DNA from: Ferroglobus placidus DSM 10642
GTDB lineage: Archaea > Halobacteriota > Archaeoglobi > Archaeoglobales > Archaeoglobaceae
Assembly (NCBI RefSeq): GCF_000025505.1
Contig: NC_013849.1
Coordinates: forward strand, 180,001-212,000
Reading direction: 5' to 3'
DNA length: 32,000 bases
Every line of letters begins with the position of its first letter. The stretch's first letter is position 1. The translations under genes were made by a program, and so were the position numbers. The notes beneath the pieces were generated by a model. The model did no database searches, was not told where the DNA came from, and saw only the letters and a list, made by a program, of their open reading frames with translations. This document shows positions 21,528-30,402 of this stretch, one piece after another.

Positions 21528-21935
21528 TCAAATACCTTTTGTCGAATTTAACATCGCTTTGGCAATTTTCAGCGTTACGTTCGCTTTTATCCATGCAGCT
21601 ATTACGATTAAGATTATCGAGATTGATGCAAGAGTTAGATACTCTTTATGTCTTCTTTCGTCAGAATTTGCTCTTTTCTGTCTGCTAAATAACGAACGAT
21701 CTTCGTAAGGAATCTTAAAACCTACTACACCTGCTATGATTATGGCGGGGATTTCGAAGATACCGTGTGGAACTATAAGCGAGAGGACTAGTGATGGATC
21801 AGTCTCAGCCAAGAAAGAATCACGTATTATCAAAGACATGGCTGCTCCATTAAAAATTAAATTTAAAATAGTTGTCGTACCAAAAAGAAAAGATCCTGAA
21901 CAGTAGTAATAAAATTACTTTAAAGTTGCTTTTAA
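21528..21935 (-). pseudogene. C-terminal fragment of a SpoIIM/DUF95-like membrane protein, truncated at IS1 copy 2
   Basis: GSFLFGTTTILNLIFNGAAMSLIIRDS...LSLIVPHGIFEIPAIIIAGVVGFKI; frame runs to the IS boundary. Confidence 0.7.
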
Positions 21936-22390
21936 GGTAGTGTCACTATAATGTTGATAAATTATAGTAATGAATCCACAGTTTGATTGAATTTCGAGCA
22001 TTTCCAAAGATCTTGAAAATCTGATTGATTTTCTTGCGAATCTCGGATTGTCGTTTCGTAAAGTTAAGAATAATCTTTCAACGTGGTTTGTTCCTCCTTT
22101 TCTTATGATCCTCTGTTTGTAAGGGATCAAATTATAAGCGTCCCAGCGATCCGTGTAAAAGATAGCTTTCTGCTTGATCTCACCACCAATACCGTCCCAC
22201 AACCTTTTGAAAGTACCTACAGAACGATCTCCTACGGCATAACTTATTATTTTTCGGGAATTTCTCTCTAAAGCAATCCAAATCCAGACTTCTTTTTCCT
22301 TTTTCCTAACGAAACTCCAAGCTTCATCCAATTCAACAACAGGATTATCGTGACCGATTTCATTTCTCAGGTCTTTTTTTAGAAAATTCT
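21915..22390 (-). pseudogene. IS1-family InsB-like DDE ORF, copy 2, C-terminus frameshifted
   Basis: Matches copy 1 through RSLEMLEI then EIQSNCGFITIIYQHYSDTT instead of ENSFKLWIHYYNLSTL because of one missing nt; upper limit approximate. Confidence 0.7.
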
Positions 22391-22692
22391 CTAACCCAAG
22401 CCGTTACAGTGTTAGGAGAAAGCTTGAAAATCCTGCTCGCTTGTCTTACTCCCACTCCCTCCCTTACCACAGCCTTCACAACCATCTCCTTGAATTCTTC
22501 CGGATAATTCCTCGGCTTTATCGGATTTAAAACAAAAGTTCTTCCGCAGTTCTTGCATTTGTATCTCTGCCTCCTTTCTCCGGATTTTGTGTGATAACAG
22601 CCCATTTTCACAGTTTTTATCGATTTGCAATGCGGACACATCATCACCGATTTATCCAACTAATTGAATATAAACATTACTGAGGCATTATC
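21936..22692 (-). mobile_element. IS1-family insertion sequence, copy 2 (757 bp), inverted relative to copy 1
   Basis: Same ends and ORFs as copy 1; outer base pair at the transposase-5' end altered (GATAATGCC instead of GGTAATGCC); no flanking duplication. Confidence 0.88.
22360..22659 (-). CDS. IS1-family InsA-like ORF, copy 2
   Basis: Near-identical to 13702-14001 product. Confidence 0.82.
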   Translation of the reverse strand: MDKSVMMCPHCKSIKTVKMGCYHTKSGERRQRYKCKNCGRTFVLNPIKPRNYPEEFKEMVVKAVVREGVGVRQASRIFKLSPNTVTAWVREFSKKRPEK

Positions 22693-22718
22693 AAAAATAA
22701 TTAATTAAAGAGAAAAAA

Positions 22719-24911
22719 CTAATATATCATTGCCAACGCTTGATACTCCCCACTGCCCGAGTACGAACGAACCATGTAGTATAGCGTTCCAGAACCTGTG
22801 GCAGGACCAGCAATCTCTTGAGCCCATGTAGAGTACCCACGAGCATCGTAACTGCTTGTTGTTGGCGGCGAGTTCCACTTGATATATAAATCAAAATCGC
22901 TGCTATCCGGTCCAGAATTAAAAGCATAGCCTATACCGGTACCGCTAATGGAGTAAGTGTCTGAGTCGCCAGTTCCAGAGAGATAGCCACCATTCCTACC
23001 GCTATTGGCACTCGGTTCTCCAGATACTACCCAAGCTTTCCAGTATCCACTTCCGCTATAGGAGCGAACCATTACGTAGAGCGCTCCAGAACCTTCAACA
23101 GTAAAGTACTCTAAAGATGTACTTGAATAGCCTCGAGCGTCGTAGTCAGTGGTTGTAGGTGGTGATCCCCACTTTGCATACAAATCGAAATCTGCATCTT
23201 CGTTGCCAGCCATCACGACTGTAACATGAGACCTAGCTGGTATGCTGACTGAGAACGTATATGTATTCCCTGAACCCGACAGATAGCCAGAGTTACTCGA
23301 AAGTATTTTTCCTAAAGCTACTGCCGCGTAAGCGTTTACTTTCCCGTGGCCGTAGTATTTATCCCAGCCGCTTGAACCGAGGTCAACTGCAGTGTTTCTT
23401 AGTATCTCACGAACTTTTTGATTGCTGAAAGACGGATTCTGCGACCAAACCAGAGCTGCAACGCCTGAAACATGAGGGACCGCCATCGATGTGCCAGACA
23501 TAGTGTTGTAACCATTGTTACGTACTGTTGAGAGTATATTAACGCCGGGAGCGACGAGTTCAAGGTGTGAGCCATAATTTGAAAACGAAGCTCGCTGATC
23601 GTTTGAATCTATTGCACCCACGGCGATAACAGTACTAAATGCTGCGGGATATGTCGTTACTTCCTGCCCATCGTTTCCAGAAGCTGCAATGAGCAAACAG
23701 CCTTTGGTATTATAGGCATAGTTACAAGCATTTTCACCCTCTAATGAATAGTCAAACCTTCTGAAACTCATGCTTATAATCTTAGCTCCTTGGTCAGCTG
23801 CATAATAAACTCCATCTCTTATTTTTTTCCAAGTGCAAACACCTTCACTATCGCACACTTTCACCGCAAGAATTTTTACTTGTGCAACTCCAGCAATACC
23901 TTTGCTGTTATCCATAATCGCTCCAATTATCCCCGCTACGTGCGTTCCGTGACTGTAAGGGTTATCATCCATCGGATCGTTGTCATTGTTCACGAAATCA
24001 TATCCCTTGATCACACGTCCAGCTAAATCCTCGTGGTTGTAGTCTATTCCCGTATCTAATACTGCAACTACGACATCTGTACTACCCTTCTGGTAGTCCC
24101 AAGCTTCTGGAGCGTATATTTTCTTTGGTCCCCACTGTTGACTCCATTGTGAATCGTTTGGCGTATAACACAAGCTGCGATATGCAACATCTGGTGCAAC
24201 AGATCTAACATAGGGATCCTTTGAAGCACTTTTAATAAATTCAGTTGCGTTATCGGTCTCGAAGTAAGCTGTTAACAACGCTCTATCTGCTTTGTTGAAT
24301 TCTACAAGTTTTCCACCGTGTTTGGCTGCAAACTCATCGAGTGATGGCGGTAGTTTCCAGAATCCAACGATTACTTTATTCAGAATTTCTCCCTTTTTGA
24401 TACCTTGCTTTTCAAGATCTTCCGGATACACAACCTTAGGTTCCGGTTTGTACACTTCGCCAGCCTTAACGAACATGAATCCGTCCTCAAATGCTTTTTC
24501 AACGATCGGATCTTTCGACACTCTTTCAATGAAATCGAGTGTCACCTTGCTCGTCTTTCCCGGCTTCTTAATCGGATTCGTTTCAAAAGCCGCCATTTTT
24601 ATATCTTCCTTCGCAAATATCAGCTTTCCGCCGTACTTTGCCGCGAATTTCTCAAGCGATGGCGGTATCTCTTTGAAGTATACTATAACAACCTCTCTGA
24701 ACTTGGGAGTAAACTTGGGATCAGGCTTGTATTCCTTAGGTTTGATTTCGTCGATTCCTGGCTTCTTCGGCTCCGGCGGGTTTTTGAGTGGAGGTTCGTT
24801 GACTACAACGTCTGGCTTCTCTGGAATCTTGTCGAAGTTTGCCATTGCAACAGTTACTCCGCTGAGTATTAATAACGCTGCTATTCCAAAACATAGGAGG
24901 AAACGCTCCAT
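22719..24911 (-). CDS. Secreted subtilisin-like (S8) serine protease with tandem propeptide-like domains and two C-terminal PPC-like domains
   Basis: VVAVLDTGIDYNHEDL; HGTHVAGIIG; MSGTSMAVPHVSGVAALVW; start ATG 24911 (MERFLLCFGIAALLILSGVTVAMA) with GGAGGTGA ahead. Confidence 0.93.
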   Translation of the reverse strand: MERFLLCFGIAALLILSGVTVAMANFDKIPEKPDVVVNEPPLKNPPEPKKPGIDEIKPKEYKPDPKFTPKFREVVIVYFKEIPPSLEKFAAKYGGKLIFAKEDIKMAAFETNPIKKPGKTSKVTLDFIERVSKDPIVEKAFEDGFMFVKAGEVYKPEPKVVYPEDLEKQGIKKGEILNKVIVGFWKLPPSLDEFAAKHGGKLVEFNKADRALLTAYFETDNATEFIKSASKDPYVRSVAPDVAYRSLCYTPNDSQWSQQWGPKKIYAPEAWDYQKGSTDVVVAVLDTGIDYNHEDLAGRVIKGYDFVNNDNDPMDDNPYSHGTHVAGIIGAIMDNSKGIAGVAQVKILAVKVCDSEGVCTWKKIRDGVYYAADQGAKIISMSFRRFDYSLEGENACNYAYNTKGCLLIAASGNDGQEVTTYPAAFSTVIAVGAIDSNDQRASFSNYGSHLELVAPGVNILSTVRNNGYNTMSGTSMAVPHVSGVAALVWSQNPSFSNQKVREILRNTAVDLGSSGWDKYYGHGKVNAYAAVALGKILSSNSGYLSGSGNTYTFSVSIPARSHVTVVMAGNEDADFDLYAKWGSPPTTTDYDARGYSSTSLEYFTVEGSGALYVMVRSYSGSGYWKAWVVSGEPSANSGRNGGYLSGTGDSDTYSISGTGIGYAFNSGPDSSDFDLYIKWNSPPTTSSYDARGYSTWAQEIAGPATGSGTLYYMVRSYSGSGEYQALAMIY

Positions 24912-24963
24912 GCTGTCACCTCCATTTTCACTTACTGGTCTAAAATCCACTTTACTTAAAAAC

Positions 24964-25004
24964 TCCGACTGGTTCAATCCAGATTGAAGTAATCGAAAGG
25001 TTTA
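24964..25004. promoter_or_regulatory. 41-bp conserved palindromic element, copy A, upstream of protease TATA
   Basis: TCCGACTGGTTCAATCCAGATTGAAGTAATCGAAAGGTTTA; contains TTCAATC-CA-GATTGAA; 39/41 identical to copy B. Confidence 0.85.
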
Positions 25005-25022
25005 AGGAATTCCAAAATCTTA

Positions 25023-25658
25023 TCAACTTTTGAACGCGACTTCTTCGGCCTTTGACAAATCATTTTGAGTAAGCCAAACCTCGCAGGTGCTTTTACAGAC
25101 GAGAATTCTACTTATCGGCAGGTTCGTGTGGAAGATCACCTTTTCAAGTGGTATCAACCCACCGTCTTTCAGCAGATATACATCGCCGTAAGAGCTGTCG
25201 AATTCCAAATCACCCCACTCGAAGCTGATGTCGAGTGTATAGTCAGAACCAACGTTTTTCAACCCATATTCGTCAAGTTCATTAAATATGTAAGCGGGAT
25301 GCATTGTGTGCTGAGAGTCTCTGATAGGTTTAGAATACGTTTTAACAATTCCTAAGGTGTTTACGTCCACGTAGTAAATTCTGCTTTCGCCTTGCGAATT
25401 TTTGCTTGTAAACTCTAAGTGCAAAGACTGAATTTTGCCATCAGAAACTTTTAGATGTAACCATTGAAGATTAGCTGTCGAATTCTGCACGTTAATATCG
25501 TTTGTAAGAGATTTCCACAGAGTAGATAGCTTCACCTTTTCGATTTCTGTTTGAATCGTGAATGTATAACTTTCATTCCCACTTCGCAAACATGTTATAG
25601 TAAAACTTATGATAGTGATTAAAAGTAAAATACAAAGGAATGCTACCATTCTCTTCAT
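25023..25658 (-). CDS. Secreted or anchored hypothetical protein (211 aa)
   Basis: N-terminal MKRMVAFLCILLLITIISFTITC; co-oriented, 32 nt after the upstream gene. Confidence 0.6.
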   Translation of the reverse strand: MKRMVAFLCILLLITIISFTITCLRSGNESYTFTIQTEIEKVKLSTLWKSLTNDINVQNSTANLQWLHLKVSDGKIQSLHLEFTSKNSQGESRIYYVDVNTLGIVKTYSKPIRDSQHTMHPAYIFNELDEYGLKNVGSDYTLDISFEWGDLEFDSSYGDVYLLKDGGLIPLEKVIFHTNLPISRILVCKSTCEVWLTQNDLSKAEEVAFKS

Positions 25659-25690
25659 GGATTTAAACTCCCTTCAAAGAAATAAAAAAG

Positions 25691-26731
25691 TTAGTATTCC
25701 ACATAAATATGCCAAATGTGCCTTATCGTCTGATATTCGTACCACCACCAGACTGGCTTTTTGAATTTACCCTCTGAGATTAAGTCTAGGAGGTGATACT
25801 CGCCAGAACTCGGCTGATCAATTCTCACCGAGCTTCCGGGCTTCATACCACCTGTGGTCGTTTGCACATCGTCATTGTTGAACTGCATTTCCCATTTTGC
25901 AATTTCCGTATTCGTACTGCTTCGATCGAGTGTCGTCACGTCCGGCTGTGTGTAACTCCAGCTCCATGTAGCAGATACGCTCTCACCACCAGTAATAGAT
26001 ACAGTTATTGTTTGCTGTCCGGTATGACTTCCAATTGGATCCCAGTCGTGCAATTGTGGATTTGAAGTGCATACGGAGTAATCGTGCGTTGGATATCCCC
26101 TATCGTTTTTCCATTCGGAGTTATACGCCTGATATCCAGGTTCCATAGCGAAAATGTGCTTCACAGCGAACCAGTCGTAAGTTGATGAGCCATCATTGAC
26201 GAGATATCTAAGCTCAAAATTGTTTGTAACCCCACCATAAGGGCTGACATAGTAGTCTGCATCATTCCTACTTATTTCAACCCAACTTGCCGACGCTATT
26301 GAAACGCTTTTTTCAGAAGATTCCGAGACGTTCTCTTTATACCATTTCTGAGCTTTCTTATATATTATTTCTGCAGATTCTCTGTCTCCAGCAAATCCAA
26401 AGTACTGTTTAATAGCCCCGTTATTGTCAATTTTAATTCCATAGGCTACGATTTTAGCACCTTCTGGAATATCCGGGACCGCGAAAGCTACGGGTTTTTC
26501 AGGATATTTGGATTTGACTTTATTTACAAAATTCTGTTTAATTTTTTCTATTTCATTAATGCTAATTCCTTTGCTGAAATCCCTGACTACGAATGCATAA
26601 TTTTCTTTGATTTCGTTTATTTCTACTCTGCCTTCAGTTTTTGACGTGGCACTTGCCATTGCTATAGTTGCTGCTACAGTCCCTATGGTTAATAACGCCA
26701 ACAGCAAAACGATTCCAGCTTTTATTTTCAC
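25691..26731 (-). CDS. Secreted hypothetical protein (346 aa)
   Basis: GTG start with GGAGGTGAT ahead; MKIKAGIVLLLALLTIGTVAATIAMASA signal; no family recognised. Confidence 0.75.
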   Translation of the reverse strand: MKIKAGIVLLLALLTIGTVAATIAMASATSKTEGRVEINEIKENYAFVVRDFSKGISINEIEKIKQNFVNKVKSKYPEKPVAFAVPDIPEGAKIVAYGIKIDNNGAIKQYFGFAGDRESAEIIYKKAQKWYKENVSESSEKSVSIASASWVEISRNDADYYVSPYGGVTNNFELRYLVNDGSSTYDWFAVKHIFAMEPGYQAYNSEWKNDRGYPTHDYSVCTSNPQLHDWDPIGSHTGQQTITVSITGGESVSATWSWSYTQPDVTTLDRSSTNTEIAKWEMQFNNDDVQTTTGGMKPGSSVRIDQPSSGEYHLLDLISEGKFKKPVWWWYEYQTIRHIWHIYVEY

Positions 26732-26783
26732 ATTATCACCTCCTTCCCTTTAAAAGGACATAAGCTTACTTTTAATTAACAGT

Positions 26784-26824
26784 TCCGACTGCTTCAACCC
26801 AGATTGAAGTAATCGAAAGGTTTA
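26784..26824. promoter_or_regulatory. 41-bp conserved palindromic element, copy B, between divergent 346-aa gene and wHTH regulator
   Basis: TCCGACTGCTTCAACCCAGATTGAAGTAATCGAAAGGTTTA; TATA-like sequence on each side (TTTATCTAA plus strand, TTAATTAAAAG minus strand). Confidence 0.85.
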
Positions 26825-26848
26825 TCTAAGCTGTTTAGGAAATTTATC

Positions 26849-27451
26849 GTGGACTCGTCCTCAGACGATGTTTTCTACATTGAGAAATTGCATTCCGAAA
26901 AAGCTAAACTACTTGCCTCAGAAATAAGCAACGAAACCGCTCGGCAAATTCTGAAAGAATTGTACAAGAATCCAGCATCTATTACAGATCTATCAAACAA
27001 ACTTGACATCCCACTATCAACCGTGCAGTATCATATTAACAAACTGATAGAACTGGGTGTCATTAAACTAGCCCAAAAAAGACTTGGAAAAAGATTGAGA
27101 GATGTAAAAATGTATGTTTACGACAAAGAGAGCATAGTGTTTCTCTCATCAATGGAAAAACACGAGTTTGAACATTTATTAAGGACTTTTGTTCTTCAAA
27201 GATTGAAGAAGGGAGCACCGATAGCCGTTTTACTGATTTTTACAATCGGCTCGATTCTATCGCTCATTGGTAGCTGGCTATTTAGGAGAGAAATTGAAAG
27301 TAGAATCGGATCTTTCTACGACATAGCGGGCGGAGCATTTGGAATACTGGAAGCAAATATACTATTAGTATTTCTCGGCATATTCTTCCTTTTGGGGGTA
27401 GTGAGCTCGTTCTTGCTCTTTTTGTTTATAATCAAGAAAACTAATTTTTAA
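26849..27451 (+). CDS. Membrane-anchored winged-helix transcriptional regulator (ArsR-like)
   Basis: ASEISNETARQILKELYKNPASITDLSNKLDIPLSTVQYHINKLIELGVIKLA plus two or more C-terminal TM helices; GTG start, probably leaderless. Confidence 0.8.
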   Translation: MDSSSDDVFYIEKLHSEKAKLLASEISNETARQILKELYKNPASITDLSNKLDIPLSTVQYHINKLIELGVIKLAQKRLGKRLRDVKMYVYDKESIVFLSSMEKHEFEHLLRTFVLQRLKKGAPIAVLLIFTIGSILSLIGSWLFRREIESRIGSFYDIAGGAFGILEANILLVFLGIFFLLGVVSSFLLFLFIIKKTNF

Positions 27452-27460
27452 ATTTATATA

Positions 27461-27691
27461 CTATAAAAGGAATCTTATAAGCTTTATAAGTTCCTTTGCC
27501 TCAGCACCCCTGAACATCTTAAGAACATCTTTGAATGCTTCATCTCCCATTACCTGCTTCATTGACATGAGCAAGAGGACCGCAAACTCCAGCGAAATCA
27601 TTATAACAAACTTAAGCAGTTTGTTTACTATCTCTCTATCACTTCTCAAGAGTTCTGGCAGGTTAACGACTGCAGAGTACTTTATGTCCAT
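27461..27691 (-). CDS. Small hypothetical protein (76 aa)
   Basis: MDIKYSAVVNLPELLRSDREIVNKLLKFVIMISLEF...; may be a fragment. Confidence 0.3.
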   Translation of the reverse strand: MDIKYSAVVNLPELLRSDREIVNKLLKFVIMISLEFAVLLLMSMKQVMGDEAFKDVLKMFRGAEAKELIKLIRFLL

Positions 27692-27699
27692 GCTCAGAC

Positions 27700-28000
27700 T
27701 ATCAAAGCTCCGGATTTTTCAGGAGTTCCTTGAGGTAGCTTCAGAAAAGCTTCAAACTGATTTTACCTCTATTTGCCTTTGCCTGGTAGTGGGCGATGAC
27801 TTTCCTGACATCGTCCCTTGTGTATTCTCCGAGATCTTTGTTCACAACCTTGAAGATGTTGGAGAGGTAAGTGAGGTAGCCGGTAACTCCCAACTCGGGT
27901 TCCCCTGCGCCAGTAAATTCATAGCGAAAGTCTCGATAATTTCGTAGTTTTTTCTGGACATCTTCTCCTGAAACATCCGAGAGCCATGGAGACGCTAATC
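27700..28000 (-). pseudogene. Possible tyrosine-recombinase N-terminal remnant
   Basis: VQKKLRNYRDFRYEFTG...GYLTYLSNIFKVVNKDLGEYTRDDVRKVIAHYQAKANRGKISLKLF*SYLKELLKNPEL**; in-frame stops; limits approximate. Confidence 0.35.
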
Positions 28001-28084
28001 CGATAGTGGTTCTATTGCATCGGCACGGCAAAAACCGAAACCACTTACTGAATTCGAAGTTATGGATTGAACCAAAATAGGGAA

Positions 28085-28155
28085 AGCCAGGGCCCGGATT
28101 CGAACCGGGGTCAGGGGATCTGCAGTCCCCCGCATAGCCCCTCTGCCACCCTGGC
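28085..28155 (-). tRNA. tRNA-Cys (GCA)
   Basis: GCCAGGG/CCCTGGC acceptor with discriminator U; GGGGA-CTGCAGA-TCCCC anticodon arm; CCCGG-TTCGAAT-CCGGG T arm. Confidence 0.93.
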
Positions 28156-28232
28156 AGGGGCAAAAATAATAGGATGGGTTTATTATTTAAGAATTTTGGT
28201 CACTTTCGAAATTATAAATTGTAAAAAATTTG

Positions 28233-29675
28233 TCACTTCGCCGGATTCACGCTAACTTTATACTTCACTCCCTCGATTTCAACCTCAAATTCTCCAGCCA
28301 CCTCTCCAGCTGGACTCGGGAACGGCTCCTCTTTTACTTCTCCCTTAAGGAACTTCAGTCCCGTTTGCGGGAAGAGGCAGTAGATCAAAACGTCTTCGTC
28401 GCTGAGGTTCTTCAACCCCATCTCCTCAAGCTCCTTCTTCCTCTTTTCGAATTCCGGCTCGAGGAGGTCTGCTGGTCTAACAGTTATCGGCTCCTCGTCA
28501 CCGAGAATCTTCCTCTTTATCTCCTCTTTTATCGGAGCGGGAGTCCTTCCGTACATTCCCTTAACTAAATCCTTCGTCTCCTTCGTCACAACTTTGTACC
28601 TCTCTCCAACGAGTACGTTTATCACCGCCTGAACTCCGACTATCTGGGAGGTGGGAGTGACTAAAGGCACGTATCCCAAATCTTCTCTAACCCTCGGCAC
28701 TTCCTTCAGCACCTCTTCAAGCTTGTCGAGAGCGTTCTGCTCTTTGAGCTGCGCAATCATGTTGCTGAACATACCTCCGGGAATTTGATAGACGAGAACT
28801 CTCGTATCCGGAATTGTCGCAAGAGGGTCGAGGTAGCCGGAATATTTTTCTCTCAACTTCATGAAGTACTCCCTAACTTCGAGGAGAACGTCTAAGTTTA
28901 CTCCGGTATCGTAGCCAAGTTCGTTTAAAGCGTAAACCATGCTTTCAGTCGGAGGATGGGAAGTTCCCATGCTGAGAGGGGACATGCAAGTATCAATCAT
29001 CTCAGCCCCCGCTTCAACGGCTTTAAGCAAAGCCATCGAAGACATGCCGCTCGTGTAGTGGGAGTGAACGTTTATCGGCAAACCAACTTCCTTTTTCAAA
29101 GCTTTTACGAGCTCGTAAGCCATTTTTGGAGATAGCAACCCAGCCATGTCCTTTATGCAGATGGAATCGACTTCCAAAGAAGCGAGTTCCTTCGCAATCT
29201 CAACGTACTTCTCTATCGTGTGAACCGGAGATATAGTGTAGCAGATCGCTCCCTGAACGTGGTAAGCGTCGTACTTTTTCGCAAACTTTATCGAGGCTTC
29301 GAGATTTCTAACGTCGTTAAGCGCGTCGAAAATCCTGAAAATGTCGAGTCCGTTCTCAATTGTTTTTTGTACGAACTTCTCAACGACATCGTCCGGATAA
29401 TGTCTGTATCCGACGAGGTTTTGCCCTCTGAGGAGCATCTGGAGCATCGTGTTTTTTACTCTTTTCCTTATCTCCCTCAACCTCTCCCAAGGATTTTCGT
29501 TCAAAAATCTGTGACAGACGTCAAAAGTTGCTCCTCCCCAAACTTCGAAGCTGTATATTCCGGCTGAATCGAAAGTTTCGAGGATCGGCAGCATGTCTCT
29601 CGTTCTCATCCTTGTGGCGAGCAGGCTTTGATGACCGTCTCTGAGCGTTAAATCAACTATCTTAACTTTCGCCAT
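28233..29675 (-). CDS. pycB: Pyruvate carboxylase subunit B / oxaloacetate decarboxylase alpha-type carboxyltransferase
   Basis: VDLTLRDGHQSLLATRMRTRDMLPI; EVWGGATFDVCHRFL; MDTCMSPLSMGTSHP-type core. Confidence 0.88.
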   Translation of the reverse strand: MAKVKIVDLTLRDGHQSLLATRMRTRDMLPILETFDSAGIYSFEVWGGATFDVCHRFLNENPWERLREIRKRVKNTMLQMLLRGQNLVGYRHYPDDVVEKFVQKTIENGLDIFRIFDALNDVRNLEASIKFAKKYDAYHVQGAICYTISPVHTIEKYVEIAKELASLEVDSICIKDMAGLLSPKMAYELVKALKKEVGLPINVHSHYTSGMSSMALLKAVEAGAEMIDTCMSPLSMGTSHPPTESMVYALNELGYDTGVNLDVLLEVREYFMKLREKYSGYLDPLATIPDTRVLVYQIPGGMFSNMIAQLKEQNALDKLEEVLKEVPRVREDLGYVPLVTPTSQIVGVQAVINVLVGERYKVVTKETKDLVKGMYGRTPAPIKEEIKRKILGDEEPITVRPADLLEPEFEKRKKELEEMGLKNLSDEDVLIYCLFPQTGLKFLKGEVKEEPFPSPAGEVAGEFEVEIEGVKYKVSVNPAK

Positions 29676-29740
29676 AATTTGAATTTGCCAAGCCAAATAT
29701 TAAAGCTTTTACATTTTATACGAATCGAATAAGTATGTAG

Positions 29741-30364
29741 CTAAAGTTGCGTTTCGTTCTCTATTATTTCTAAAAGCTCTTTCGTCGCTTTATAAGGATC
29801 TTTAGAAGAGGCTATTGCCGAAACAACAGCTACTGCGTCGGCTATTCTGATAACTTCTCTAACGTTATCCTTGTTTATACCTCCAATAGCGACGACCGGT
29901 ATTTTTACCACCTCTTTTACTTTCTTTAACCCCTCCAGTCCTATAACCTCGCCAGCGTCCGGTTTTGTCGTCGTCTTAAAAACTGGTCCAACCCCGACGT
30001 AGTCAGCGTAGCTTTCAGCTTCTTTAGCCTCTTCCACGTTGTCAACCGAAACGCCAACGATCCCGTCAAAAATCTCCTTAATTTTATCCGCCGGCGGATC
30101 CTCCTTTCCCACATGAACTCCGTCCGCGTCGCTTAGCATAGCGATATCCAAGCGATCGTTTACGATGAAGATCGCATCGTATTCGTCGCAAAGCTTCCTG
30201 ATTTTCCTCGCCACCTCGTAGATTTTTCTTGCCGGCATTCTCTTCTCCCTGAGCTGTATTATCCTCGCTCCAGCTTTTAACGCCATCTCAGCTATTTCCT
30301 CGTGCTTCCAGCCGAAATCAGCGGAAGTAATCACATAAAGCCCGCGAATTTTCACAGAAAACAT
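29741..30364 (-). CDS. thiE: Thiamine-phosphate synthase
   Basis: GARIIQLREKRMPAR ... FIVNDRLDIAMLSDADGVHVGKEDPP ... VGPVFKTTTKPDAGE ... VVAIGGI. Confidence 0.92.
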   Translation of the reverse strand: MFSVKIRGLYVITSADFGWKHEEIAEMALKAGARIIQLREKRMPARKIYEVARKIRKLCDEYDAIFIVNDRLDIAMLSDADGVHVGKEDPPADKIKEIFDGIVGVSVDNVEEAKEAESYADYVGVGPVFKTTTKPDAGEVIGLEGLKKVKEVVKIPVVAIGGINKDNVREVIRIADAVAVVSAIASSKDPYKATKELLEIIENETQL

Positions 30365-30402
30365 TCAGAAACTTTATTTTTAAGGATTGCGGAGAAACTA
30401 CT

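Noticed and set aside
13669-22692. Composite transposon formed by the two inverted IS1-family copies
   Set aside because: Copy 1 has its own perfect 8-bp duplication on both sides, so it inserted alone; copy 2 has none. The outer flanks do not form a duplication pair.
24964-26824. CRISPR array suggested by the GATTGAA-containing repeat
   Set aside because: Only two copies 1.8 kb apart, each at a promoter next to a TATA box, with genes rather than spacers between them and no cas genes.
28085-28155. Duplicate tRNA 3' end (att repeat) inside the window
   Set aside because: Reading the accessory region I found no second copy of the T-arm/acceptor sequence; this was a visual scan, not an alignment.
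27741-28163. 140-aa ORF MPLPGWQRGYAGDCRSPDPGSNPGPGF...
   Set aside because: Its start and first about 25 codons are the tRNA-Cys gene read in sense; only the downstream part may be a genuine gene remnant.
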